DNA of 56,093 nucleotides, filler included, from Sphacelaria rigidula (lineage: Eukaryota): NCBI GenBank assembly GCA_964200075.2. It is 7 parts of 7 records of this genome, joined end to end, with 100 filler letters (N's around TTAATTAATTAA, not from the genome) between each part and the next. Parts side by side here need not be neighbours in the genome. Positions count along the whole stretch, not along the records: positions 8,029 to 15,956 come from CAXNAA020012948.1; positions 16,057 to 23,984 come from CAXNAA020012949.1; 5 more parts are not named here. One strand, written 5' to 3'. The notes below the pieces were generated by a model, which had not been told where the DNA came from, made no database searches, and saw nothing but the letters and a program-made list of their open reading frames with translations. A program made the translations under genes and the position numbers. Shown here piece by piece: positions 10,767-22,776 of this stretch. Each line of letters opens with the position of its first letter. Position 1 is the stretch's first letter.

Positions 10767-13700
10767 GACCGAACGTGAGATACGGCACCGCAATCAGTCT
10801 CAAGGTAAGAGCACCATCATACCCCTCGTGCATTATTACCGTGCGAAATAGAAGTGCTAAAGATCCAGCTCATCCGACCGCTTTCCTCTTGCTCCCGCTG
10901 ATGACTGTGATATTTGAACTAAATTGAGGATGCCGACGTTTCGGGATATCACCATTTCACACGAACCCCTATCTTTTACAAGCTAAGAAGAAAAGAAGAC
11001 TGCGCGACTGATACGTTGTGTCAATCTATCATCTTCCCGTTAATTCCGGGCAGGTAATAAAGTGTCTGCACCACTGTCGCCTCCATCCCGACCGACACGT
11101 GCCACACCCACGGTTGAAAGCAGATCTCTCCTAACGCACTTCGAATGTGCAGCACAGGTGGAAAATGTGAGGGACATCGCCGAGGGTCACACCGGCGAAC
11201 GCGTCAAACCGCAAAAGTGGTTGAGCCCCCGTTCCTACGGAAAAGATACGGCGACTGTGCTATTCAGTGCGCCGGAGGTGTCCTTCGCGTCCAGTCATGG
11301 CGCATCTGTAGAAAAGCAGAGGTTGGAGGGGTGCAATGACCATCCGAGTGCAGAAGGTAGTACCTTCAAATTTCGATCGGCCGGGGAAGGCGCGACTTGT
11401 GAAATCTCCATCACCTCAGCGTCAGAAAACAATGTACGGGAGGTGTTACCACGGAATCCGCCGACAGTACCTCTCAAGGAAGTGGGCAACATCCCCCGCA
11501 AAATCCGGAGAGCTGCCGGTGGTAAAGTCCCGGAGGTAAAAAATTCAACTCCATCGGCCAAGGCCAAGAAAAGACGTACACCGCCCAAGTCCGGCAGAGG
11601 CACACCACCACATACTGGCATACGTGCATCGAGGCGCAAGAGAACATCGCGCGCGCGGTGAAAGAGGGAAATTGACGACGCGACGCAGTAGTTCTCAAGG
11701 TCCCCCTGGGAATCGTGATAGCTGCAGGAGGGTGCGTGCTGCGCCGGCAGGGTCTACCCCTGTTAGTGGTTTGAGTAGGGGGAAAGGACATAAGCGGGTT
11801 TGCAGTCGTGATGTGTGTGGCATGAAGTTCCCCGTCTTTGACGACGAATGCAACACGTGCTCTTCTTGCGGTCAAATACACGACCCGGCATCGCGGCTGT
11901 GCTTCGCCTGCCATCGACCAGGGCCTGGGGAAGGCAATACCTGGCGTCATCTTGGCGCGGCGCGAATCATGGAGGCTCGGCAATTTCTGAAGTCTGTGCG
12001 GCTGATGATGGTGTACACCCGGCTGCGCTTGTGAAAAACTATTAACCGAGTTCAGATTGGTTGTGCAGCCGGCATGATTGTTTTTGGCGCCCCATCGAGC
12101 GATACAGGATAACGAGTACTAGACGGAAGGCAAATTCCCTCCCTCCGGTTAGCTGCACACCCGTGACTGTTGGTTTAACACCTCCCCCTACCCCTGCCGA
12201 AGCGGACTTTGTTGCAGAGGTACACCAAAAAGTGATTGCGGCCGTTGAGGAGGGACGTTTAGTGGGAATGGAGGATGTTCAATCCTGGCTGACCGAAGCC
12301 AGAACCGCCCGGGCTGTTCAAGACAAGCGTACCAGGGAGCAAGCGCTGAGAATTGTCGATGCGGTGGCCGCGGACGGCGCAGTCGACGCCAAGCTTGAGA
12401 AGATAAGCGGGGCTGATGCGGCTGTATGCGATGGGCGGCGCAAGTTCATCTATCTCGTTCCTTCCGTGGTGGCGCCCGAGGTAGCCATTGCGGCCGACGT
12501 TGCACTTCACAATATGCGTACGAGGGTACGAGAGTTGGAGCATTCTGTCTCCCGTCTCACCGCTGAGATCGAGACTGGTCAGCCTGTTGAACACGTACTC
12601 CAGCGAGGGACAGCTGCCGGTTCGGAGGAGGATAAACGGGCCGTGGTCATAGCAGCTGGGTCTATCGATAGGGTGGACATCGAAAGTGCACACGAACTGA
12701 GGAACGCATCGGGGGATAGGGACCAGAAATGCGCCGCCGGCACTGTTGGCATTGCTGAGCGGTCTGTGCCATTCGCAAGTGTCGAGTGATGATCTGGACC
12801 TGCTTTTTCCGACAGTGGATGAAGCAAGGAGCGGTAGGCAAGGGGATTCTATTCATGCGCCTCGCACGGCTGGGGCGGATGATGTCGACATGTCGGTGAC
12901 GCGGGATGGCGGGGCGGGTTTGATGGGCACCGCAAGCAGGTGTGGTGGTGGAACGGCTCGACAGGAACACGGGGGCGTAGCTCAAGGGGGATCGGTGATG
13001 CTCCTCGTCAGCGCAAGAACACACGGATCGACCCCGCGGGAAAAGGCACTGCGTAAGAAGATGAGGAAGAGGAAGAGGCGGATTGGGAAACTGTACATGC
13101 TCGTGCAAAACCTCGTCAAAACTGTTTCAGGCCGAGGTTTTCGAGCAATGCACGACTTCCATCTAGCACAGGTGTTACAAACACACGGCACACCCGTGGC
13201 TGTCATCGACTACGTCGCCGCCCATGGATTCTGCATGACAGAGTCGACGCAGTACAAGCGGGAACAGTTCTACGTGAAGTGGAGGATGGGCAGACATGCC
13301 ATGGCCCTCGCATTACGGGTTGCTGCGATTGCTTGGGACAACTGCGATTTTCGGTCGACGACGAGTGTCACGGGGGTCGGGGCACATTCAAGTACTATAA
13401 CGGCCACCGGCGTGGCCGTGGAGAATCTGCATGGGCATCTACCGCTCATGCACGCGCACCGCCGGCAAGGCGATCTGGTGGCCGCGGATATCACGACGGG
13501 ACCCTCCTACCACAGGGACTGTCAGCAATGGGAGCGTTTCTTCTCCGTTTTCGACGATGCAGCATTCCCTTGCGCGATGGCGAGGATCGCAGGTGAAGGT
13601 GGCCACATCGAAACGTGCTTGGAGATCGAACTCAGACAGATGAACAGAGTTAGCAATTTTCGGGTGCTCAGTAGTTGGTCGGGATATTAGGGTCGAAAGA

Positions 13701-15870
13701 TGGCGAGATCACGCACCTGTGCGTGAGGCGCAGTGTTGCGTCTGACATGATAATATTTAGGTATTGGAGCTGAGCTCGCATCAACATCAGGCTGTTTGCA
13801 CTTGATCTAGGGCTAGGGTTAGGTGACGACATAATTTTGCGCGGACGCCGGGCACGGGTAATCCAACTGTATTTGCTCGTACCGAGTAGGTTAGCAAGGT
13901 GCGGATTCGAAATCCCTAGAGATGCCGTTTCTGCGTTTTCTACCCGGTACTGAGACTTCATCGTAAACCATTCCCGAGCAAGAGAAAAGGAGAAGAAGGG
14001 TCTGTGGAAACATTTCAGACAATGTTCGAGTGCTTCTCCCCTATCCGATGCAAAATTTAAAGTCGCGCGCAGCGGGAGGCATTTCATGGTGCGATGTGCG
14101 CGCCTCACAGAATGGCATGGGTTAAAGGTGTGAGGGTGGACAGATACCTAACGGAGTGTATACCCTGCATCATCCGCGCTCGTGTGATCTCATCCTCGAC
14201 TTTCCCCACTAGGCGATACCGACGATGCAGAGGGAGCCGCAGGTGTTCAAGTACCTCTTCATGCAACTGAGCACCACGAAGAGTTGGTTTGACTCGAAGG
14301 CCACCATCGACCGTCTTGCTGATATATGCCACGTGGACGAGAGGGGTGCGGCGGCGGCATGCATAGTTGCCGGCGATGAGGAGAAATTTCGCTTCATGTA
14401 TCACCTGATTCGGTGTAGCCCCGGCCACTATCACTGGCTCAGAATATACGTGGGTGACTGGCACGTTCTGTACCACATGGCGAAGGCCATCATGAACCGG
14501 TTTTGGGGGAAAGGGATAGAGTTCATCGCAGAGGCACTTAGCGTGGACGGAACCAAAGCATCGGAGGCTAGCAACTATCGGGTGGCGCACCATACCATCA
14601 GCGTGTGCTTCAAAGCAATGTGGGGTAAAATCGTGGCCATGTACGGCCCTTAACCCTAATCGTGTGAACCCTGAGATACGCGTGCAAGCCGGAAAGGGCG
14701 GCGCAAAGAGGTCGCCAGTGCCAAGATTGCAGATGTTTTGGGAATTTTACGCTGAGCTACGATTGCCAGGGCCGCTGCTTTTTACCCTCACCCCCTGCCC
14801 CAGCGACCGACGCTACTGCTATAGGTGATTCCGCCGGAGGATATGTCGATACATCCCGCCGACGTCGTAAGGGGAGGGGCGGATCCACGGCGAACCGTGG
14901 AAGGGGCGGGTCAGCGGCGAACCATGGAAGGGGCGGGTCAGTGGCGTTGCGTGGCGGGGGGCAGGCGAATGGAGCGAGGAAGGCCCCGGGGGCAGGTGTT
15001 GATAGTAGTCGTGGTGAGGAGTGCTTCCGACGAGATGGCGGGAGGATGGCGAGGGTAGCGGGAGGGGAATCGGATCCGGGACCAGATCCTAAGAGTCACA
15101 GCTGTTGCAACGGCGGTCTAGATGGTCCCACAGAAGGCGGGTCGAAGCATGCAGCCGGGATCTGGCTTGGAGATCCAGACTCCGAGAGTAGCGACTCAGA
15201 GGTAGAGGATTCGGCATCGGAAGCGGGCAAAGACCACGACGACGAATTCGCGTTTTGATTGTACCTGTAGCGAAAGTCGTGGACATGTTTCTTGGAGATG
15301 AGTTGCGTAGGCATATAAGTAACCGTGGGAGTTATCTTCTACAGACGCAAGTTATGACCCTTGCGTAGGGTTGATGCGGAAGTTGTAGAGTGCTTGGTGC
15401 AGTGCGCCCTTGCGTGCAGACGTCTACGGCGGTCGTCTGGCTTCACCCTTGGGCGAATCGCCGGTTGTATCTCAAGATAACGCGTGATACTAATGGAACG
15501 AACGACTAAGAAAGCGAAAATGATGATGAAGGCGTGGTGTTGCAGAGAACCTTATGGAATACTGTGCAACACGACCACCGCACGCGCATTGACTCCAGTC
15601 GTGAGGCGGCGTTCAAAGCGCTCTGCACAGCGGGCGAACTGCCACGAATATTTGGTATGATTGATAACAAGCGATTGTGAAAATTGAGGACAACGGTTTC
15701 CATTGACGATGATAAGTCGGTTTATACAGTCTTCATATGTGTGGACCAATTTTTCGAAATATGTCTGCATTCCTTCACGTACCGATAGCTATCACCAATT
15801 TCTGCATGCCATATAAGATTGAAATCCGATAACCGAATTTCTGGGTTCCTATGTGTATATGTTCTGTGGT
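10767..15870 (+). mobile_element. Academ-like DNA transposon, deletion copy A (zinc finger + DDE core + CXC + acidic tail)
   Basis: Homologous to 32805-33072 and 35590-36538; coding motifs listed in the next feature. Confidence 0.75.
11690..15258 (+). pseudogene. Decayed, probably spliced Academ-type transposase
   Basis: Cys-rich N-terminal region (CSRDVC..CNTCSSC..CFAC). AIAWDNCDF near 13325-13350. IVAGDEEKF..LRIYVGDWHVLYHMAKAIMNRFWGKGI at 14365-14520. Degenerate CXC near 14670-14780. Acidic tail ending DDEFAF* at 15258. Confidence 0.7.
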
Positions 15871-16260
15871 GATCGGGGGGGGGGGGGGGGGGGGAGATGA
15901 GAAAAGAGAAAAAAAGAAAAACAGCGCGCACGCACAAAAGAAGAAGTAAGAGTCGANNNNNNNNNNNNNNNNNNNNNNNNNNNNNNNNNNNNNNNNNNNN
16001 TTAATTAATTAANNNNNNNNNNNNNNNNNNNNNNNNNNNNNNNNNNNNNNNNNNNNTCTAATCTCAGAAATTATTTCTGTACCCCTACCGTAGCATCACT
16101 CTTGAGATAAAGGGCTTCTAGCAATTTTAACCTCAAAAAAAAATTGTGCACCCCTACCGTAGCATCACTCTGCCGGCAGATGGACGTATTCATGTTTTTT
16201 CCTCTCATAAATGATCTGATTTATGTTTTCGTCGTTGGAAAAACGCAAGGACGTGAGCAG

Positions 16261-16293
<33 letters not shown>

Positions 16294-16979
16294 TACACGG
16301 TTAGGACGAATCATCACGACCACGAATCACCAAGTCCAGATTTCTCTTCGGCCTGATTACCCAAAAGGGAGAAAAAAGTTAAGCGCTGGTCCAAGGGGTA
16401 TCCACGCAACGTTTGCGCCATTCCACGTGTCAGGGCTGCGTGTACCTGGGTTGCAACGCTGAAATGAAGCCCAGGGATTGATTCGTACGATTCCAATCGA
16501 TTATATTAAAACCAAGTAATTTCCAGACGAATCATTATTTGTCCGACCCTTGATATATTAATTAGACGCGAGTCCACGCGACGCGGGAGTGCTGGTCATG
16601 ATCCAATCCGATCTACGATACCAAAATACAAGGCGTGTGCCGTACCGGGGGAGAGCTGGAATGGTATCTTCACACCCGGGACAATAGATTACATAATCAA
16701 AAAGTGTCGCACTTGAGCTGACTCTCAAAGGATCCAGCTGTGGTCACATGATATAGACAAGTGCGTACAGTATGAACTCGTTTGTCTGTTGCAATAGACG
16801 CGACGGTCGATATTGCACAAAGTACAGTTTTTTGGCAGTGTACTATGTTTGTCATTATCCAGAGTGTGTGTATCTTCGAGACCACGGCCTGGTGCCGAGG
16901 AAGGGGAGGGTTTGAAATGAAGGTGTGACGGAAGAAAAAAAGAAGCAAAACACCATAGGCAGAGAGTTTCTTTACTCAC

Positions 16980-17096
16980 CGCTTGGACCTTCTCCTTGAC
17001 TGCCTCAGGCTGGAACTGCGGCAGCCACCAGCTGGTAGACTTGAGTTCTTCTTGCTTCTCCGACTTCGTCCTGAGGATCGCTGTCTTGGTCAGGTC
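16980..17096 (-). CDS. NOSIP-like protein, internal exon (DLTKTAIL..EELKSTSWWLPQFQPEAVKEKVQA)
   Basis: CAG acceptor, GTGAGT donor, 39 codons. Resembles the NOSIP S-FW-[LI]-P-xx-TP-E-A motif. Confidence 0.7.
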
Positions 17097-17824
17097 CTGG
17101 AGGATGATAAAGCAATACAAGCTTCATTAGTAGTAACGAACGATGGCTGGGTTCGTGACGGATTCAGTTTATGTACGACTGTGAATGAATGAATGAATGG
17201 ATCGATCAATGACATGTATCGAGCAAGAAGATGTATCAGCCGCCACGCCCCGGTGGTCTAAGGTCACAACCGACACTTCTAGGTGACATTTTCTACGATA
17301 GCCCCCCCCCCCCCCCCAAAAAAAATGCCTGGTTTGGGGAGGAAAAATCTCTACGTGAATCAAAATGGGAAAAGCCGAGCACAACAAACAGCTAGGAATT
17401 CCCACGCTTGGGTTCGTTCTCGCCAATGTCGCCCATATGAGGCGCTTGATGCACCAGCCTGAACCCAAACATCAGGCGCTGTATGTCGATTTTTTTGGTG
17501 ACACTTTTGGGCTGGTTCTGGGGGGGCAGAGCTATCGTAGGAAGAGTCAGGTGCGGAAGAACGGTTCACTTCCCGCGAGATGCGTTTAGTTTTTTCTTGT
17601 ATTTTTTCACACAGGTATCTGAGTTCGGTCGTTGGAAACGTGAAGACATGAGCAGCATGAGAGCTTATTTCACACTGTGCCTACGAGGTATTTGACTGCT
17701 AATCCAATCCAATCCAATCTACGACCCCATTATGCAAGGCTTGAACCGTACCGGGGGAGAGACAGGCTGATCCCGTGGAGGTGGCTTAGCCGGAGTCGGG
17801 CTACATTATATCCATGCTTGATAC

Positions 17825-18048
17825 ATTTTACCAGTATTGCCGACCCTAACTCTAAACCCAATCCCAACCCAAGGCAAACCGAGAACCCTCGAGCAAGGCA
17901 GGTACATGGGGTTTCCCTAGGCAAAGTTTGGCGTTGGTAGACCTCAAATCGGCGCCTTTGGCGCTGATGCGGACGAAAACGCGTTCTGGGCACGCTAGGT
18001 GCACACGGGACTGTCAAGTCCCACACAAAATCCGATTCTCGTTGTTCA
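17825..18048. repeat. Half copy of a foldback family containing CCCTAA-like motifs
   Basis: Homologous to 40389-40590 (inverted) and 40780-40945 (direct). Confidence 0.7.
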
Positions 18049-18285
18049 CACTCGAATCAGGTAATCCAAGTTTGTAGACCAACTCCGGTTAACGCTACGA
18101 GCTGGGCCAGCAGTAAATCCCGCATTTGCATATCACACCAAAACTTATCAAGTTCACCAAATCAGCCCGACTTGAGTATATCGGTGTGACCTGCAGATCA
18201 ACGTGGTAACGCACGGCACCGCCGCTGAATGAGAAAAAAAATAGAAGAAATGTACTGCATAATGTATCACCCGACCGACGGGACG

Positions 18286-18363
18286 AAAAAAATGAATCCG
18301 TCGGGATTTGAACTCGTGACCTCCATAACTGGAGTCAACGTCATCACTTGGATTAGAGAAGCG
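18286..18363 (-). pseudogene. Degenerate tRNA-like (Pol III/SINE head) sequence
   Basis: On the minus strand: A-box-like taatccaagtga, B-box gagttcaaatcc, small stem ctcca/tggag and a downstream T7 run. The acceptor stem is poor. Confidence 0.45.
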
Positions 18364-19942
18364 CAGCCGTGCCACACGGAAAATTGGATGCTGCGCCAAA
18401 TTTCTGGATTCTTTGGCCGAAATTGTACCAGGATCTCCTCCACACAAGGACGCACAACTACACTAGGGATGCCCCCGTATTTCTTTTATTTTCACGGAGT
18501 GATATCATTTTCTAGTTTTTGCAGAAACTTCAAATCGCTCTAACTTTCCGGGATTTTTTTCGGCATCCCCGGGAAGGTTGCACATAGTGATGATAAACAT
18601 GTTGTGTCAAAATTTCAGCGCCCAACGCTTCGGATTACCCACCGCCCGGCCCGGATATATTTGCAAATCACTGCCAGCTGGCCCGGCTCGTACTGATCCG
18701 TGAGACCGCGGTCCCGCCCCGAGAAAGGAGACGGGCTCGAAACTGTGACGACAAAAAACGACCAGAAAGTGAGCATTTGATCCGAAATGCCACGTAGAGG
18801 CGTCCGCTCAATGATTTACTTTACTCTCCATTTTGTTCTGTGCACAGCACCCGTTTACGGGAATACAGAGCGACATAATAGTATCCAAAAGAAGTGTTCG
18901 ACAAATAACAATAACAACAGCAACAAACAGCAGCAGCATCGACCATGCGTAAAACTGGCATCTACTGTATACTGTTCCGTTTGCCTGTGGAGGAGGTGAG
19001 CAGCTCGACTAGAGGTGAGTGCATTGCCTTTGCGCTATGTATGACACAGAGTACAACTCCCGCCGAAGAGTGCCGTCATTCTGCTTCACCGTTCTCCATC
19101 AATGAGTATATGCTCGCTAGTGCGTGTGCCGTCTCTCTCAATTGTTTTTTGTTTTTCGTTTCCGTGGGTACCTGGGGATGTTGCCTCGTTTCTGGCGTGG
19201 TATCTGCATATACTCTCTTGGGATATGCTTCTTTCTCGTTTATTGTACTCACCATCACTTCTCTCGAGTTTGTTTGCTTCATTGACATATCTGATTTGCC
19301 TGTAAATTTATCAAAACACCTCCGACGAGCTCGGGAGGATTTTTTGTTCTCCTCTTGCTTTCTTGACCACTCTCTCGCATTGTTCCATGTGGCTTTCTTC
19401 TAGAGTCTCGGAAGAAGCCGCTCAACAAGCACTTTGATCTCGTGTACGGATTAGCGGTGACGGTACTGGAAAGACACGCCCACATCTGTGACTACGGGTC
19501 CCAGAGATCGGGCTAATGTGCGGAAATAATGGATGGAAAGAGTATACTTCGTGTTTAGTACACATAAAAAAGTAGAGAAAAGAACCACATTCCTTCAACT
19601 ATGAGACGTCGCAAACACAAAACAATGCAACAAGGTGGGTGCTAATTAAACCAATAACAAAAACAAACACCTGTAAAGGTCGTGAGACTCCCGGTGACGG
19701 TAGGAACCGTCGAAAGGTGGCCAATGATTTTCCTCGTGTTATGTAGTCAAAGATTGACCGTACGTCGTGGGGTTCAGGCGAGTGGATCACTCGGGAAAGC
19801 TCGACGAGCGCGAGCGAGTTAGCACTGAGAAGAAGTGATCCCCAGGGATCGACCGCAGTTCGCTTCACAGATACCCGTTACCTTGAGGTCCCAGATCCGG
19901 CTGTACAGATATGTGAGTTTCGGGGCTCCTGCGAACTACCAA

Positions 19943-20347
19943 CATCCTGGCTCTGTTTTTGAGGTTCAACATTTGGGTGACGAGGGTCATCTCGAAAACA
20001 GTGCTTTCCCTGACCTTACGTCATTATCAATAAATTTCATATGGACGACCTCATGCCCGCCGATCTTCTTCAAAAACATTTTGGGGGTTGCCCGTCTTCC
20101 GTGCCCCCAAAGCGTACGTGCGAAAGCACCTTTTCGCCTCGATATCGGGGCGAAAAAGGGGGCGTTTTTAGCCCGAAATCGGTGCTTTCGAATATACGCT
20201 TTGGGGGCACGGAACATGGGCAACCCCCGAAAATAGTTTGAAGGAGGTTGGGGGGCATGGGGTCGTCTATATGAAATTCATTGGTCATGCCTTTAGGTCA
20301 GGGAAAGCACTGTCTTCGAGTTGAACCTCGAAAAAGGATCCAGGCTG
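19943..20347. mobile_element. MITE/foldback element, copy 2, in a NOSIP-like intron
   Basis: Same family as 6593-7012, with the internal loop in the opposite orientation and more diverged arms. Confidence 0.88.
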
Positions 20348-20825
20348 TTTACCCCGGTAACAGCCATTCACTAGGTTACACGTCATGAAAAAAAATCTCT
20401 CCGCACATGCCCAAATGCCGATCTCCACACACCTGCATGATGAGATGTGCAACCTCAATCTTCTCTTGAGGGTGCTGAGATCATAAGCATATCCCGATAA
20501 TCCAAAACTGGGCGACACGTCGACCGCAATTCGCGCTAGTTCTCAACTTTTTATGTTTGAAACATTTTTGATTGTGCGTGGGAGATGACTGCTTGCCTCC
20601 GGCTGTTGCTTGCCTTTTCAATTTATTGACCTTGACGGTCGTTGCAAAAACATTATTCGGACCATACTGCGGTGTCAACAAAGGATCGAACAAGAAAAAA
20701 AACTTTTTTCCTCTACACTTCATGCATGTACCAACCGAAACATCGCCATACCATCACATACTCATGTGACTCAATCCATTCAGATCACATTCCAGAGCAA
20801 AATGAACGAAACAGACGCGTCTAAC

Positions 20826-20942
20826 CTTCTCCACTTGCGCATCATCTTTGCCGACAGCCGCCGCATCGTCAGCCCCAGCCCCAGCCCCAGCCCCGCTAGC
20901 ACCTCCTACGGCATCTTCCCTCGACCGCTTCTTGCCTTTGCC
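20826..20942 (-). CDS. NOSIP-like protein, low-complexity exon (GKGKKRSREDAVGG..DAQVEK)
   Basis: AAG acceptor, GTTAGA donor, phase 0/0, compatible with both flanking exons. Confidence 0.6.
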
Positions 20943-21470
20943 CTTTAGTCCTCGAGTAAAACACAAGGCAGCGGTGGGAAGCAAACTAGGACATGTTTCT
21001 GGTGTTGGGAAATCCTCCGCGGACTCCTGTCGCTCGCAACCCGAACGGTGCTGCGATTCGGGACCCTGCTTGCCACAACCAAGTCTTGCGTCTGAATGGG
21101 AAACACGTGGTCTTGTGCTACACCAAAACCAGCGGGCTGTGTAGCAGGAAAAAAAAAAAAGCGCTTCCGGCGTGCGACATCAAGGAGTAGTTACGAATCA
21201 AAAGCAAAGTAAAAACGACGAAAGAAAAAAAAACGGCAAGAAGAAGTGGAAGAAGCATCGCATATTCCTGTATATTGCTTTCCCCAACTGATGATGTGTT
21301 CATGTACTGCAGAAAAAATCAGCGCTGTATGTGTGTATTTCGTTCTTGATAAGGATTGGCAGCGACAGAAAAAAAAAAAAACACCCTGCGAAACATGTAT
21401 CATTATAGAAAAAGTAACCAAACCCGAACCCAATTCAGAGTTTCACGGGATTCGGAATCATTCAACCTAC

Positions 21471-21592
21471 ATTTGTCCCTCCTTCTCCGTCTTTCGCAGA
21501 TGGCTTCACGACGACGAGCGACGTCGACGACGACACGAACGCACTTTGGGCTTCCAGTTGTCGGGCTTCGTCTGCCTTCGCCCCTTCGTCCA
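21471..21592 (-). CDS. NOSIP-like protein, coiled-coil exon (DEGAKADEARQLEAQSAFVSS..)
   Basis: CAG acceptor, GTAGGT donor, phase compatible with the next exon. 5' exons not found. Confidence 0.6.
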
Positions 21593-22507
21593 CTGGCGAC
21601 ATTTCAAGGTTATTTTGGCAGGATTCAGAGGCAGCACCGGCGAGAATGGAGGGAGGCAACACACACACACCATATTTCCAGCCATGAGAGCTACTTAATT
21701 ACGCCGTTCCGGAGTTATTTTCCCTGCGCACATTCTGTTTTCGAGCAATTGCTGTTATCGTATTTGGTGGCGCTGAAGAAGATGACGTTTTCGAAACATA
21801 AACCAAAGGTTTGCATGTGTTGCGCACAACCCAGGTGTTGAGTGTGTCAGAATTTCAGAATCGTTCCCGGAAACTTGGACCGCACAAATGATTATTTTTT
21901 TCCTGTGGAAGCACCCACAACGTGAGGTACGTAAGGCGATTCGAGGAACATGACACTGATGTTTATGGTTGGTAGTGCACAGGAAATACGACGACCAAAA
22001 CAGGGACAGCGGTTGCACGTAAAGACAGACAGAGGCGTGCCATGCAGTGGCTGGCTGGTGCGTGTACCAAGCGAGAGACAAAACAAAGACGGGTGTGATG
22101 TCGTCTACTTGCATGATGACATCACATGAACCTTTGGCCATTGCTAACGCGTTCCACCGTATTCCATCACGGTTCCCCTGACCTATGGCTCTCCTCGCGT
22201 ACGTCCGCATGTAGCGTATCATCCGAGCAAACAGACAAGAAGAAAAAGAAACTGTGCGTCATTCACTCACTCACTGTTCGTGTTTTCCCTCTCAACCGAC
22301 CCTAATCGACCATTGCATGGAGGAGGTACAACTCAAGAGCCTCCGTACAATCGAATAGACAACCCCGCTGAGGTTGATTGGCAAGCCTGATATCCTCAGA
22401 CATAAACCCGTTGAGCACCCGCAAATACACACTTTGGTGTTAGCAGTCATGTTCCATGTGACCCCGACTCAACAGGTACACCGAGTGGCCCCATATCGGG
22501 AAATAAC

Positions 22508-22738
22508 GGTAGCACCTCCCCCCCCCCCCAGGCCGCAAAAACCTTATTCTGGGGTCGGAGGAGGGGGGGGGGGGGGGGGGGCCCGGTTTTTTGGGGGTGC
22601 CCCCCCCTAGCGCCGGGGGGGGGGGGTTGTAGGTTGTTTTCTTNNNNNNNNNNCCCCCACCACGGCCCCGCTGCGCCCCCTACCGACAAAAACGCGGCGG
22701 CCCCCCCCCCCCCCCCCCGGCGAAAAACCCTTTTTTGT

Positions 22739-22773
<35 letters not shown>

Positions 22774-22776
22774 ACC
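22508..22776. repeat. Poly-C/poly-G inverted-repeat element, low-quality sequence
   Basis: Mirror-arranged C and G homopolymer runs with internal Ns. Confidence 0.5.
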
